Below are positions 16,430-26,276 of a stretch of DNA of 44,754 bases, in pieces (position 1 is the first letter of the stretch; each line of letters begins with the position of its first letter). Source of the stretch: Actinomycetota bacterium (GTDB lineage: Bacteria; Actinomycetota; CADDZG01; JAHWKV01; JAOPZY01); contig JAOPZY010000119.1 of NCBI GenBank assembly GCA_025963875.1, positions 1-44,754 of the forward strand, written 5' to 3'. The translations under genes and the position numbers were made by a program. A model generated the notes under the pieces. It was not told where the DNA came from, made no database searches, and saw only the letters and a program-made list of their open reading frames with translations.

Positions 16430-17766
16430 CCGAGGGTGACGTTCACGGAGGGCGGCCCCGGTACGCCGCGGCCACCGACGTCGGGCTGGTCCGGTCGAAC
16501 AACGAGGACGCCTACCTGACGGCGCCGCCCCTCTTCGCCGTTGCCGACGGCATGGGGGGCCACCGTGCCGGCGAGGTTGCCTCCGCAGGCGCCATCCGCA
16601 CGCTCCAGAAAGAGGCCGGGCACGACACGGACTCGCTCGTGGCCGCGGTCCAGTCGGCAAATCGTGCCGTCCACGCCGAGGCCGCAGCCAACCCGGAGCT
16701 CGCCGGCATGGGCACGACGATCACCGCCATGATGACGACGAACGATGCCGCCCAGATCGTGCACGTCGGGGACTCCCGGGCCTACCTGCTGCGCGACGGC
16801 AGACTCCGGAGGCTCACCCAGGACCACACGGTCGTCGACCGCCTCGCCCGGGAGGGCAAGATCCCTGCGGAGGAGGCCGACCGCCACCCCCAGCGCTCGG
16901 TGCTCGAACGGGCCCTCGGCGTCGGCCCCGAGGTCGACGTCGACGTGCAGCTGCTCGACGTCCGGCCCGGGGACCGGCTCCTGCTGTGCACGGACGGTCT
17001 GACCTCGATGCTCAACGACGAGGAGATCCGGGAGATCCTCCTCACGGAGAAGGACCCCGAGGTCGCCGCCCGGGCACTCATCGACGCCGCCCTCGCCGCA
17101 GGCGGGAAGGACAACGTCACGGCGGTGATCGTTGACTTCCCCCGCCGCGACGTCGGCGGCTCGGATCCGTCCCGCACCGCCGAGCAGCCGGCGGTCGTGC
17201 TGGCGGGCGGCCCCGCCTACGGCTCCTCACGCCTCCGGAACCCGGGGAGGGGCGCGGTAGCGGCGGAGCGTGCCGCCTCCGCGAGCGCCCGCACCCCGAC
17301 GTCGCACCGGGTCCGCCAGCCGGGGCCACCGACGCCGGCCACCGGAAGCCGTCCGTCCGGCCCCCCCAGGGGAGCTCCCGAGCTGCAGGCCGCCCGCCCG
17401 GGCCGCGCCAGGCTGCTGCTCGGCGTGGCCATCGTCGTCCCGCTGCTGGTCCTCGGGCTGCTCGGCGGCCTCGTTGCCCTCCGGAGCTCCTGGTACGTGG
17501 GCGAGCGGAGCGGCCGGGTCGCCGTCTTCCGGGGCGTGCCGGGTTCGTTCGGCGGGATCCGGGTCAGCTCGGTCGCCCACGTGACCGACATCCCCACCGT
17601 CTCGCTGCCGGCGATCTACCAGCAACAGCTCCGTGACGGCATCAGCGTCGCCGACCGAAAGGCCGCCGACCGCACCGCCGAGAACATGCGCCACCTCCAG
17701 GTGCCGGCGGAGCAGATCCCCACGTCCACCGTCACGGTGACGACGACGGCGAGCGCAAGCCCATGA
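16426..17766 (+). CDS. pstP: PP2C-type Ser/Thr phosphatase PstP
   Basis: TDVGLVRSNNED, ADGMGGH, VGDSRAY, CTDGL, GGKDN, then TM helix; TTGA overlap with fhaB. Confidence 0.93.
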   Translation: MTEGDVHGGRPRYAAATDVGLVRSNNEDAYLTAPPLFAVADGMGGHRAGEVASAGAIRTLQKEAGHDTDSLVAAVQSANRAVHAEAAANPELAGMGTTITAMMTTNDAAQIVHVGDSRAYLLRDGRLRRLTQDHTVVDRLAREGKIPAEEADRHPQRSVLERALGVGPEVDVDVQLLDVRPGDRLLLCTDGLTSMLNDEEIREILLTEKDPEVAARALIDAALAAGGKDNVTAVIVDFPRRDVGGSDPSRTAEQPAVVLAGGPAYGSSRLRNPGRGAVAAERAASASARTPTSHRVRQPGPPTPATGSRPSGPPRGAPELQAARPGRARLLLGVAIVVPLLVLGLLGGLVALRSSWYVGERSGRVAVFRGVPGSFGGIRVSSVAHVTDIPTVSLPAIYQQQLRDGISVADRKAADRTAENMRHLQVPAEQIPTSTVTVTTTASASP

Positions 17767-19127
17767 TCGTGGCCGCCGTCCGCCGCAACATCGAGGCGTC
17801 CCTGCTCGTCCTCGCAACCGTCGTCGCCATCGGCGGCTACTGGTTGACGTCGCTCTCGCAGTCGCCCGGCGTCCCTCGCCACCTTGCCCTCTACGGAGGG
17901 GTCTTCGCCGGCGTCTACCTCGTCGCCCACCTTGCCGTCCGCAAGTTCGCTCCTGCCTCGGATCCGCTGTTCCTGCCGATCGCTGCCCTGCTCAACGCGA
18001 TCGGCCTGGTGCTGCTTGCCCGGCTCGACGTCGCCTACCGGCCCCCCCACCACCTGGCGGGGGCGCAGCTGCGCTGGCTCGTGATCTCGGTGGTGATCTT
18101 CATCGCCACCCTGGTCTTCGTGAAGGACGTGCGGATGCTCGCCCGGTACCGCTACACGTGGGCGGCTGCGGGCGTGGGCCTCATCCTGCTGCCGATCGTC
18201 CCGGGTCTCGGCAACACCATCAACGGCGCCCGCCTCTGGGTGCGGATCGGACCGGTCAACTTCCAGCCCGGTGAGTTCGGCAAGCTCTGCCTGGTGCTGT
18301 TCTTCGCCGGCTACCTCTCCGAGCGGCGCGAGCTGCTGGCGGTCGCCACTCGCCGCATCGGCCCCGTGGGCATTCCGGAGATGCGCCACTTCGGCCCGGT
18401 GCTGGTGGCCTGGGCGATCTCGGTGGTCGTCCTGATCCAGGAGAAGGAGCTGGGCGCGTCCCTGCTGTTCTTCGCCATTTTCGTCGTCATGCTCTGGGTG
18501 GCGACCGCTCGCCCCATCTACCCCCTGAGCGCACTCGTGCTGTTCAGCGGGGGCGCCTACGTCGCGTACAACCTCTTCGGCTACGTCCGCGCGCGCTTCC
18601 AGGTGTGGCTCGACCCCTTCAAGACGCCTCAGGGCCACGGCTACCAGATCGTGCAGTCGCTCTTCGCGCTCGCCACGGGAGGGGTGTTCGGCACCGGCCT
18701 CGGCCTGGGGAAACCGGACCTCATCCCGGAGGTCTCCACCGACTTCATCTTCTCCGCGGCCGGTGAGGAGCTTGGCCTCGTGGGCACGACGGCGATCCTC
18801 ACCTCCTACGCGCTGTTCGGCGCCCGGGTCTTCGGCCTGGCCACCCGGTGCCGGGACGACTTCTCGAAGCTGCTTGTCACCGGCCTCGGCACGGTGTTCT
18901 GCCTCCAGACCCTGCTCATCATCGGGGGGGTGACGAGGCTGATCCCCCTGACCGGCGTCACGCTGCCGTTCATGAGCTACGGCGGCTCCAGCCTGCTCGC
19001 CAACTTCGTGATGATCGCCCTCCTGCTCAGGGTGTCGGACGACCTGGCCGCGCAGAACCAGGCAGCCGGCTGGACGCCCGGGTCCGAGCCGTTGGTCGAG
19101 GTCGGGCCGGCGGGAGGTGGCCGGTGA
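17763..19127 (+). CDS. rodA: SEDS protein RodA
   Basis: NGARLW, FQPGEFGK, TDFIFS..GEELG, IPLTGVTLPFMSYGGSS. Confidence 0.95.
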   Translation: MIVAAVRRNIEASLLVLATVVAIGGYWLTSLSQSPGVPRHLALYGGVFAGVYLVAHLAVRKFAPASDPLFLPIAALLNAIGLVLLARLDVAYRPPHHLAGAQLRWLVISVVIFIATLVFVKDVRMLARYRYTWAAAGVGLILLPIVPGLGNTINGARLWVRIGPVNFQPGEFGKLCLVLFFAGYLSERRELLAVATRRIGPVGIPEMRHFGPVLVAWAISVVVLIQEKELGASLLFFAIFVVMLWVATARPIYPLSALVLFSGGAYVAYNLFGYVRARFQVWLDPFKTPQGHGYQIVQSLFALATGGVFGTGLGLGKPDLIPEVSTDFIFSAAGEELGLVGTTAILTSYALFGARVFGLATRCRDDFSKLLVTGLGTVFCLQTLLIIGGVTRLIPLTGVTLPFMSYGGSSLLANFVMIALLLRVSDDLAAQNQAAGWTPGSEPLVEVGPAGGGR

Positions 19128-20584
19128 ACCGCCAGATCCGCATCATCGGCCTCATCGCCCTCGTGATGTTCGGCGTCGCCTTCGTCAACCTCAACTGGGT
19201 GCAGCTGGTCAATGCCCAGCACCTCGCCAACAACCCCGCGAACGTCCGGGTGATCCTGAAGGAGTACGCCATCGCCCGGGGGCCGATCCTCTCGGGGGAC
19301 GAGAAGACGGTGGCCCTCAGCGTCAAGACACCCACCGAGACGCTCAAGTACCTGCGCACCTATCCCGAGGGCCCGACCTTCGCCCACGTCAGCGGCTACT
19401 ACTCCTACGTCTACGGGAGGGCGCAGCTCGAGGCGACCTACAACTCCTGGCTCACGGGGCAGGGGGGCGGTCTCACGATGCAGCAGCTCAGCGACCAGCT
19501 CCTCGGCGGCACCCAGCAGGGGAACACGGTGGTCACGACGATCAACGATCAGCTCCAGAAGGCAGCCGCCCAGGCGCTCGGCACCCACAAGGGTGCGGTC
19601 GTCGCCCTCGACCCCACAACCGGGGACGTCCTGGCCATGGTCTCGTCGCCCTCCTACGACCCGACGACGATCTCGGGTCACGATCCCAATGCCGACGCGG
19701 CGGCCTGGAAGGCGCTCCAGGCCGACCCCGGCAAGCCGATGCTCAACCGGGCGGCCAGCCAGACCTACCCCCCCGGGTCGACCTTCAAGGTCATCACGGC
19801 GGCGGCCGCCCTGCAGAACGGCCTCGGCGTGAACACGAGCTATCCGCCCACGGGGCAGTTCCTCCCGGCACAGACCAACATGCCGATCAAGAACTTCGGC
19901 AACGAGGTCTGCGGCGGGGACATGACCCAGGCGCTCACCCAGTCCTGCAACGTGTACTTCGCCAGGCTCGCCACCCAGCTCCCGCCGGGCGCGCTGGCCA
20001 AGACCGCAAGGGACTTCGGCTTTGGCGAGGCGCCCCCGCTCGACATCAGCGACGTGCCCAGCAGGCTGCCCACCGACGCCGACCTGAAGTCGCCGGCCTT
20101 CGTCGCCCAGTCCGCCATCGGGCAGTACAACGTGGCGGCCACCCCGCTGCAGATGGCGCTCGTGGCGGCCGGCATCGCCAATCAGGGCAAGATCATGACG
20201 CCCCGCCTCGTGAAGGAGGTGCGGGATCCCCAGGGCAACGTCATCAAGTCGAAGCCGCCGTCGTTGTGGAAGACGGCCGTACCGCCGGAGGTGGCCGCAA
20301 CGCTCACGACCTTGATGGAGGGAGTCGTCGATTCGGGCACGGGCACCGCCGCCCAGATCCCGGGCGTCAAGGTGGCGGGCAAGACCGGCACCGCCCAGAA
20401 CGCCACGGGGCAGGCTCCCCACGCCTGGTTCATCTCGTTCGCCCCGGCGGATGCTCCGAAGATCGCCGTGGCCGTCCTGGTCGAGAACGGCGGCAACCTG
20501 GGCAGCGAGGCGACCGGTGGGAGGTTGTCGGCGCCCATCGCCCAGCAGGTCATGGTCGCGGACCGGCAGGTGCGAGGATGGTGA
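19124..20584 (+). CDS. pbpA: Class B penicillin-binding protein PbpA
   Basis: STFK, SCN and KTG motifs; GTGA overlap with rodA. Confidence 0.93.
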   Translation: MNRQIRIIGLIALVMFGVAFVNLNWVQLVNAQHLANNPANVRVILKEYAIARGPILSGDEKTVALSVKTPTETLKYLRTYPEGPTFAHVSGYYSYVYGRAQLEATYNSWLTGQGGGLTMQQLSDQLLGGTQQGNTVVTTINDQLQKAAAQALGTHKGAVVALDPTTGDVLAMVSSPSYDPTTISGHDPNADAAAWKALQADPGKPMLNRAASQTYPPGSTFKVITAAAALQNGLGVNTSYPPTGQFLPAQTNMPIKNFGNEVCGGDMTQALTQSCNVYFARLATQLPPGALAKTARDFGFGEAPPLDISDVPSRLPTDADLKSPAFVAQSAIGQYNVAATPLQMALVAAGIANQGKIMTPRLVKEVRDPQGNVIKSKPPSLWKTAVPPEVAATLTTLMEGVVDSGTGTAAQIPGVKVAGKTGTAQNATGQAPHAWFISFAPADAPKIAVAVLVENGGNLGSEATGGRLSAPIAQQVMVADRQVRGW

Positions 20585-20588
20585 GGCC

Positions 20589-22202
20589 ATGAGGAGTGAC
20601 GCTGAGACGGTGCTTGGCCGCTACCGCCTGGGCGAGGCGATCGGTGCCGGCGGCATGGGCACGGTGCTCCGGGGCTACGACGACGTGCTGGGCCGGGAGG
20701 TCGCCGTCAAGCTGCTGCGGGAGGAGCTGGCCGCCGACGAGCGTTCCCTGACCCGCTTCCGCCAGGAGGCGCGCATCGCCGCCTCCCTGTCGCACCCTGG
20801 CATCGCCTCGGTGTACGACTTCGCCGACGAGGCCGGTCGCCCCGCCATCGTCATGGAGCTGCTCGACGGGCAGGACCTCCACACGATCCTGGAGCGCGAG
20901 GGGCCGATGGAACCCCGCCGGCTCGCCGGGATCCTTGCCCAGGCGGCCGACGCCCTGGCCTACGCTCACGGGCTGGGGGCCGTCCACCGCGACGTGAAGC
21001 CGGCCAACATCTTCCTCACCCGATCGGGGGCCGTGAAGATCACGGACTTCGGCGTGGCCTACGCCGCCGGGGCGAACCAGCTCACGACGACCGGGGCGCT
21101 GATCGGCACCCCCGACTACCTTTCACCGGAGCAGGTCCGCGGCCACCGGGCGACTGCGGCGAGCGACATCTACTCCCTCGGCTGCGTGGCGTTCCAGATG
21201 GTGACCGGGAACGCACCCTTCGCCGGGGACAACTCGATCGCCGCCGCGACCGCCCGCCTCGATGCGCCTGCCCCCAGCGCCCGTTCGGTCAACCCTGCGG
21301 TGGCCCCCGACCTGGATGCCGTCATCAGCAGGTCGCTCGCCGAGGAGCCCCGTGACCGCTTCCCAAGTGCTGCGGCGATGGCGCGGGCGCTGCGCAGCGC
21401 CGCCGGCGTCACGGGCAACACCGCGCCGATGGGGCTGCCGATGGAGTCCGGTCCCGGGACGGTGCCGCTGACGTTCGGCCCCCCCACCGTCGTCGAGACC
21501 CCGCCGGGCGCCCCGCCGACGCCGCCGGCTGCCCCCCCGCCCTGGGTCCCACCCCCAGTGGTGGGCCCGGTTCTGCCGTCTGCATCGCCACGGCGGCGGC
21601 ACCGCCTGGCGTGGCTGTGGGTGACGCTGCTCGTTGTGTTCCTGGCGGGCCTGTCGCTCGACATCGTCCGGTCGTGGCAGCGCATGAACGCACCCAGGGT
21701 GATCCCGTCCTGGGCCGGGATGTCCTACGACTCGGCGAGCGCCGACGCCCGGCGGATGGGCTTCGGGGTGGCGCGCTCCGACGCCTCGTCGCCGGTCGCC
21801 GCCGGCCAGGTGCTGGCGTCGAGCCCGGCCGCCGGAGCCAAGCTCAAGCGCGGGAAGACGGTCACGTTCACCGTCTCGCTCGGAAACCAGTCACCGGTCC
21901 CGGACGTCTCATCCAAGTCGGTGAGCGATGCCACCGCCATCCTCGAGGCGAAAGGGTTCCACGTCGTGGTCAGCAGCCAGACAGTGCCGGGCTCCGTCGA
22001 CGGGCAGGTCGCCGCCCAGGACCCGCCGGCCAACGCCCTCGTTGCGAAAGGGGCAACGGTGACGCTCACCCAGACCGCCGTCCCGCAGCCGAGCCCGACC
22101 TCCTTCGACAGCCAGAACCTGCTCTGCACCCTCCTGGGCGCGGGCTGCCCCGCCACGCCCGCCCCGAAAGCTCCCAAGGGACGGGGCGGAGGCAACGATT
22201 GA
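20589..22202 (+). CDS. Hanks-type Ser/Thr kinase in the pknA position, with TM helix and two PASTA-like repeats
   Basis: GAGGMG, VAVK, HRDVKPAN, DFG, GTPDYLSPE; repeats VIPSWAGMS.. and VPDVSSKS.. Confidence 0.92.
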   Translation: MRSDAETVLGRYRLGEAIGAGGMGTVLRGYDDVLGREVAVKLLREELAADERSLTRFRQEARIAASLSHPGIASVYDFADEAGRPAIVMELLDGQDLHTILEREGPMEPRRLAGILAQAADALAYAHGLGAVHRDVKPANIFLTRSGAVKITDFGVAYAAGANQLTTTGALIGTPDYLSPEQVRGHRATAASDIYSLGCVAFQMVTGNAPFAGDNSIAAATARLDAPAPSARSVNPAVAPDLDAVISRSLAEEPRDRFPSAAAMARALRSAAGVTGNTAPMGLPMESGPGTVPLTFGPPTVVETPPGAPPTPPAAPPPWVPPPVVGPVLPSASPRRRHRLAWLWVTLLVVFLAGLSLDIVRSWQRMNAPRVIPSWAGMSYDSASADARRMGFGVARSDASSPVAAGQVLASSPAAGAKLKRGKTVTFTVSLGNQSPVPDVSSKSVSDATAILEAKGFHVVVSSQTVPGSVDGQVAAQDPPANALVAKGATVTLTQTAVPQPSPTSFDSQNLLCTLLGAGCPATPAPKAPKGRGGGND

Positions 22203-24109
22203 GTGAGCCCGGCCGCCTCTTCGGCGGGCGCTACGAGGTCACCGGCCCTCTCGCCTCCGGCGGGATGGCCGAGGTCTTCATCGCCCGCGACCGGCTCCTC
22301 GGCCGCCCCGTCGCGCTCAAGATCCTGCACCCCGAGTTCGCCCGGGACCGTGCCTTCATCGAGCGCTTCCGCCGGGAGGCGCAGTCGGCCGCCAGCCTGA
22401 ACGACCCCCGCATCGTCTCCATCTACGACTGGGGCTCGGACGGCGGGACGTACTTCCTCGTCATGGAGTTCGTCGAGGGCAAGTCCCTGAAAGAGGTCAT
22501 CCAGAGCGAGGGCCCGCTCACGCCGGAGCGGGCGGAGGAGATCGCGGCGGAGGTGTGCTCCGCCCTCTACTACGCGCACCGCCACGGCATCGTCCACCGC
22601 GACGTCAAGCCCGCCAACATCATGATCAACGGCGAGGGCAAGACCAAGGTCATGGACTTCGGCATCGCCCGGGCCCTGACGGACTCGGGGGCCACGGTCA
22701 CCCAGACCGGCACGGTCCTCGGCACTGCCAACTACCTCTCGCCCGAGCAGGCCCAGGCCATGCCGGTCGATGCCCGCTCCGACGTCTACTCCGTCGGCGT
22801 CGTCCTCTACGAGATGCTGACCGCCACCGTGCCCTTCAAAGCGGACACCGCGGTGGCGATCGCCTACAAGCACGTCCGGGAGGCCCCGAAGCCGCCGAGC
22901 GCCCTCGTCGCCCAGATCCCCCCCGAGCTCGACGCCGTCGTCCTGAAGGCGCTGGCCAAGAACCCCGACAACCGGTACCAGTCGGCGGACGAGATGCGCC
23001 TGGACCTCGAGCGCCTCCTGGCCGGCCAGGCGGTCGAAGCCACGCCGGTGCTCCCCACCGACCAGACCGTGGCCATGGTCGCCTCCGGGCCGACGAGGGA
23101 TGCCACCACCGTGATGCCCCCGGTTGCCCGGGATCCGGTGGTGCCGCCGCCGCGGCGGCGGGGTCTCGCGCTCGGTCTGGTCCTGGTCATGATCGCCGCG
23201 ATCCTGGTGGGGGCAGGTGCGCTCGCCTACCGGGTGATCTCCGGCGGCTCGGCGTCGGTGGCGGTTCCCAAGATCGTCGGGTTACCCGTGGACCAGGCAC
23301 TGACCTTCCTCACCCAGAACAAGCTGAAGGGCGTCACCCAGACCGCCTTCTCCGACACCGTCGCCCCGAACAACGTCATCGGCCAGAACCCCACCGACGG
23401 CACGAAGGTGAAGCCGAACTCGACCGTCTTCGTGACGGTCAGCAGCGGCGCCCAGAAGGGCCCGGTCCCCGACGTCACCGGCAAGTCCCTGGACGATGCC
23501 AAGACGGCGCTTACCAACGCTGGTTTCAATGTGGGGAGCGTGTCCCAGGAGTTCAATGCGACGATCCCGCAGGGTCAGGTGACCCGCACCGACCCGGCGG
23601 CCAAGGCGACGGCGCAACGGGGGCAGACCGTCAACATCTTCCAGAGTGGCGGCAAGCAACCGACGACGCTGACCAACGTCACCACCTTCGACCAGGCGCA
23701 CGCGACCCAGGTGCTGAAGGACGAGGGCTTCAACCCGGTCGTGACGCCGGGAACCTGTGACACCACGAAGGCGCCCGGGACGGTCATCTCCCAGAACCCC
23801 ACCGGCGGTACGGTGCCGTCGGGCTCGGACGTGAACATCACCGTCAACCCGGCGAAGCAGGTCCCCGATGTGACGAAGATGCAGCAGACCGACGCCATCG
23901 CGGCTCTGCAGCAGGCCGGCTTCAACAGCGTGAAGTCGCAGCCCCAGGCCCAGCTCCTGGGCATCCCGGGCCAGGTGACCGATCAGTCGCCCAAGGGCGG
24001 CGCCGTCGCCTGCACGGGCGATACGGTGACCCTGACCGTGGTCCAGAGCCTCGGCACCTCGCCCACGCCCTCGGGGTCCCCGTCGGTCAGCTCCACGGTG
24101 GTGCCCTAA
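22199..24109 (+). CDS. pknB: PASTA-domain Ser/Thr kinase PknB
   Basis: GGMAEV, FRREAQSAA, HRDVKPAN, KVMDFGIARA, GTANYLSPEQA; TM helix; four PASTA repeats; TTGA overlap. Confidence 0.95.
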   Translation: MSEPGRLFGGRYEVTGPLASGGMAEVFIARDRLLGRPVALKILHPEFARDRAFIERFRREAQSAASLNDPRIVSIYDWGSDGGTYFLVMEFVEGKSLKEVIQSEGPLTPERAEEIAAEVCSALYYAHRHGIVHRDVKPANIMINGEGKTKVMDFGIARALTDSGATVTQTGTVLGTANYLSPEQAQAMPVDARSDVYSVGVVLYEMLTATVPFKADTAVAIAYKHVREAPKPPSALVAQIPPELDAVVLKALAKNPDNRYQSADEMRLDLERLLAGQAVEATPVLPTDQTVAMVASGPTRDATTVMPPVARDPVVPPPRRRGLALGLVLVMIAAILVGAGALAYRVISGGSASVAVPKIVGLPVDQALTFLTQNKLKGVTQTAFSDTVAPNNVIGQNPTDGTKVKPNSTVFVTVSSGAQKGPVPDVTGKSLDDAKTALTNAGFNVGSVSQEFNATIPQGQVTRTDPAAKATAQRGQTVNIFQSGGKQPTTLTNVTTFDQAHATQVLKDEGFNPVVTPGTCDTTKAPGTVISQNPTGGTVPSGSDVNITVNPAKQVPDVTKMQQTDAIAALQQAGFNSVKSQPQAQLLGIPGQVTDQSPKGGAVACTGDTVTLTVVQSLGTSPTPSGSPSVSSTVVP

Positions 24110-24133
24110 GCGCGACGAGCCTCCGCGGCGTCA

Positions 24134-24182
24134 GAGGTTAGGTAAAAAAGTGCTGTTATAGCTGACAAAATTACCTAAGCTC
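24134..24182. repeat. 49-bp AT-rich double-stem palindrome
   Basis: GAGGTTAGGTAA-N25-TTACCTAAGCTC between convergent pknB and trpG; right arm supplies the trpG stop. Confidence 0.75.
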
Positions 24183-24785
24183 GGCACCTCGGCCGGGACC
24201 TCGGCCGGGGGCCCCCGTTGCGGCCAGGAAGTTCACGATCATCCCCATGCCGGTGGCCGTCAGGCAGGACTCCGGGTGGAACTGGACCCCCTCCACGGCC
24301 GTCTCCCGGTGCCGGACGCCCATGATCACGCCGTCCGACGTACGCGCCGTGACCTCGAGCTCGGCGGGCAGGTTCTCCGGCGAGATGACGAGGGAGTGGT
24401 AGCGGGTCGCCTCCAGGGGGCTCGGGAGGCCGGCGAAGACGCCGGTCCCCTCGTGGAAGATCTCGGAGGTCTTGCCGTGCATCACCCGGCCCGCACGGAC
24501 GACCGAGCCGCCGAAGGCGATGCCGATCGCCTGGTGGCCGAGGCACACGCCGAGGACCGGGACCCGGCCTGCGAACCGGCGGATAGCGGCCACCGAGCAC
24601 CCGGCGTCCTCCGGGCGACCCGGGCCGGGCGACACGACGACCGCATCGGGCGCCACCGATTCGAGCTCCTCCAGCGAGACGTCGTTGCGCAGCACGACCG
24701 GTTCCGCTCCCGAGGCCCCGATGTACTGGGCGAGGTTGTAGACGAAGGAGTCGAAGTTGTCGATCAGCAGCACCCGTGCGCCCAC
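24171..24785 (-). CDS. trpG: Anthranilate/aminodeoxychorismate synthase component II
   Basis: IDNFDSFVYNL, SPGPGRP, GVCLGHQ, RYHSL, QFHPES; could equally be called pabA. Confidence 0.95.
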   Translation of the reverse strand: MGARVLLIDNFDSFVYNLAQYIGASGAEPVVLRNDVSLEELESVAPDAVVVSPGPGRPEDAGCSVAAIRRFAGRVPVLGVCLGHQAIGIAFGGSVVRAGRVMHGKTSEIFHEGTGVFAGLPSPLEATRYHSLVISPENLPAELEVTARTSDGVIMGVRHRETAVEGVQFHPESCLTATGMGMIVNFLAATGAPGRGPGRGAELR

Positions 24786-24811
24786 GAAGGTGCAGTCTAA
24801 AGGCGTCCCGG

Positions 24812-24913
24812 TCAGAAGTTGGTCGGCAGGATCTGTGGGATCACGTACTCGAAGAGAACGAACAGCACCACGACGCCCACGGCGATCGCGGCCGCCACCA
24901 CCAGGACCCTCAA
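24812..24913 (-). CDS. 33-aa single-TM small protein
   Basis: TTG overlapping sortase TGA; (M)RVLVVAAAIAVGVVVLFVLFEYVIPQILPTNF. Confidence 0.65.
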   Translation of the reverse strand: MRVLVVAAAIAVGVVVLFVLFEYVIPQILPTNF

Positions 24914-25557
24914 GAAGGTGCCTGCCTCGCCGACGGGTTGTACAGCTTCGCCACGACGATCAGGCGCTGCGCCGCCGAGTAGCGGGGGTTGCACGTGGTG
25001 AGCGTGAGGCGGTCGTCGGGCGTGTTCGACACCACCTCCACCGCGGTCGGCTCGACCACCTTGACCTCCGACACGAGGTAGATGTCCCTGGTGCCGTCCG
25101 GGCTCGTGAGCGTGATGGGATCGCCGACGGCGAGTTCGTTCACGTTGTAGAAGGGGTGCAGGTACGTGGTCCGGTGGCCCGAGATGACCACGTTCCCGGG
25201 CTCGCCGGGCAGGGGGGTGCCGGGGTAGTGTCCCGGGCCGAGCTTGAGGTCCTCGACGCCCACGCCCTCGACGACCACCAGGCTGAGGTTGATCTTCGGG
25301 ATCTCCAGGAGGGCGATGCCGGTGCCCAGGTTGGGCTTGGCGGCGACAGGCGCCGTCACCGTGAACGTCGTCCCCGGCGCCGGGCCCGCCGTCGACGCCG
25401 CCTTCTTCACGTTGGCGAAGAACTTGTGCTTGAGGTCGGTCTGATGGCGGCTGGTGATGAGGCCGGTGCCCCAGAGCTGGTACGCCAGGAAGAGCAGGAT
25501 CAGCGTCCCCGTCCCGATCAGCACCCGGCCGGTCCAGCGCAGAACCTTGCCGCTCAT
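24910..25557 (-). CDS. srtE: Class E sortase
   Basis: N-terminal TM, GPGHYPGT, SGHRTTY, TLTTCNP, RLIV. Confidence 0.92.
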   Translation of the reverse strand: MSGKVLRWTGRVLIGTGTLILLFLAYQLWGTGLITSRHQTDLKHKFFANVKKAASTAGPAPGTTFTVTAPVAAKPNLGTGIALLEIPKINLSLVVVEGVGVEDLKLGPGHYPGTPLPGEPGNVVISGHRTTYLHPFYNVNELAVGDPITLTSPDGTRDIYLVSEVKVVEPTAVEVVSNTPDDRLTLTTCNPRYSAAQRLIVVAKLYNPSARQAPS

Positions 25558-25618
25558 GGCGCCTAGGGTAGCTCAGCCCCCGCATGGCACGGTCCCCCCC
25601 GGCCGGTACAATGCTCCC

Positions 25619-25855
25619 ATGCCGGTCTCGAAGTCCAAGCGCCGCCGGTACCAGCCGCCGCCCAAGCCGAAGCACCCGCCGTCAGCGGCGTGGGTGCCCG
25701 TGCTCTTCTTCGCCCTCCTCGGCCTCGGGGTGGTGGTGATCCTCGCCCGCTACATCCTGTCGGGCTCCGTGGGCTTCTTCGACAAGGACTACATGATCTG
25801 GATCGGGCTCCTGCTGATCGCGGTGGCGTTCGGCGTCGCCACCCAGTGGCACTGA
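25619..25855 (+). CDS. crgA: Cell division protein CrgA
   Basis: MPVSKSKR, PS..WVP, two TM helices, ATQWH end; conserved position; TACAAT 6 nt upstream. Confidence 0.88.
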   Translation: MPVSKSKRRRYQPPPKPKHPPSAAWVPVLFFALLGLGVVVILARYILSGSVGFFDKDYMIWIGLLLIAVAFGVATQWH

Positions 25856-25859
25856 ACGG

Positions 25860-26216
25860 CTAGACGCCCTCCTCGTCTTCAGCGGGACGTCGCACCAGCA
25901 TCATCGTCTCTCCGCAGTGCTTCGGTGCACGGTCCTTCGCCACCTTCAGCACCGCCAGCTCCAGCCCGCACATGTCGCAGACGTAGGCCAGGCGTAGTCC
26001 CGGGTTGACCGCGATGGGCTCGGGGTCTGGCGGGGGAGGGTTGCCCACCTGGCGGAAGTACCCGATGCCGAGGGACGCCACCACCACGAAGAGCACCGCC
26101 CCCACGAGCACCCGCAGGATGGGGGAACCCAGCACGCCCGACAGGAGCCACACGATCGTGAGGGCGATCATCACGACGAAGGCCAGCAGGAGCACCCTGA
26201 TGATGCGGCCCAACAT
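25860..26216 (-). CDS. Two-TM protein with a C-terminal desulforedoxin-like metal motif
   Basis: Two hydrophobic helices then YVCDMCG...KHCGETM; start ATG 26216 (TTG 26270 possible). Confidence 0.7.
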   Translation of the reverse strand: MLGRIIRVLLLAFVVMIALTIVWLLSGVLGSPILRVLVGAVLFVVVASLGIGYFRQVGNPPPPDPEPIAVNPGLRLAYVCDMCGLELAVLKVAKDRAPKHCGETMMLVRRPAEDEEGV

Positions 26217-26276
26217 CTGGATCGACCCCGGGATCCGGCCCCCGGGAGCGTCGTCGCCCGCCGATTCCAAAGGGGA

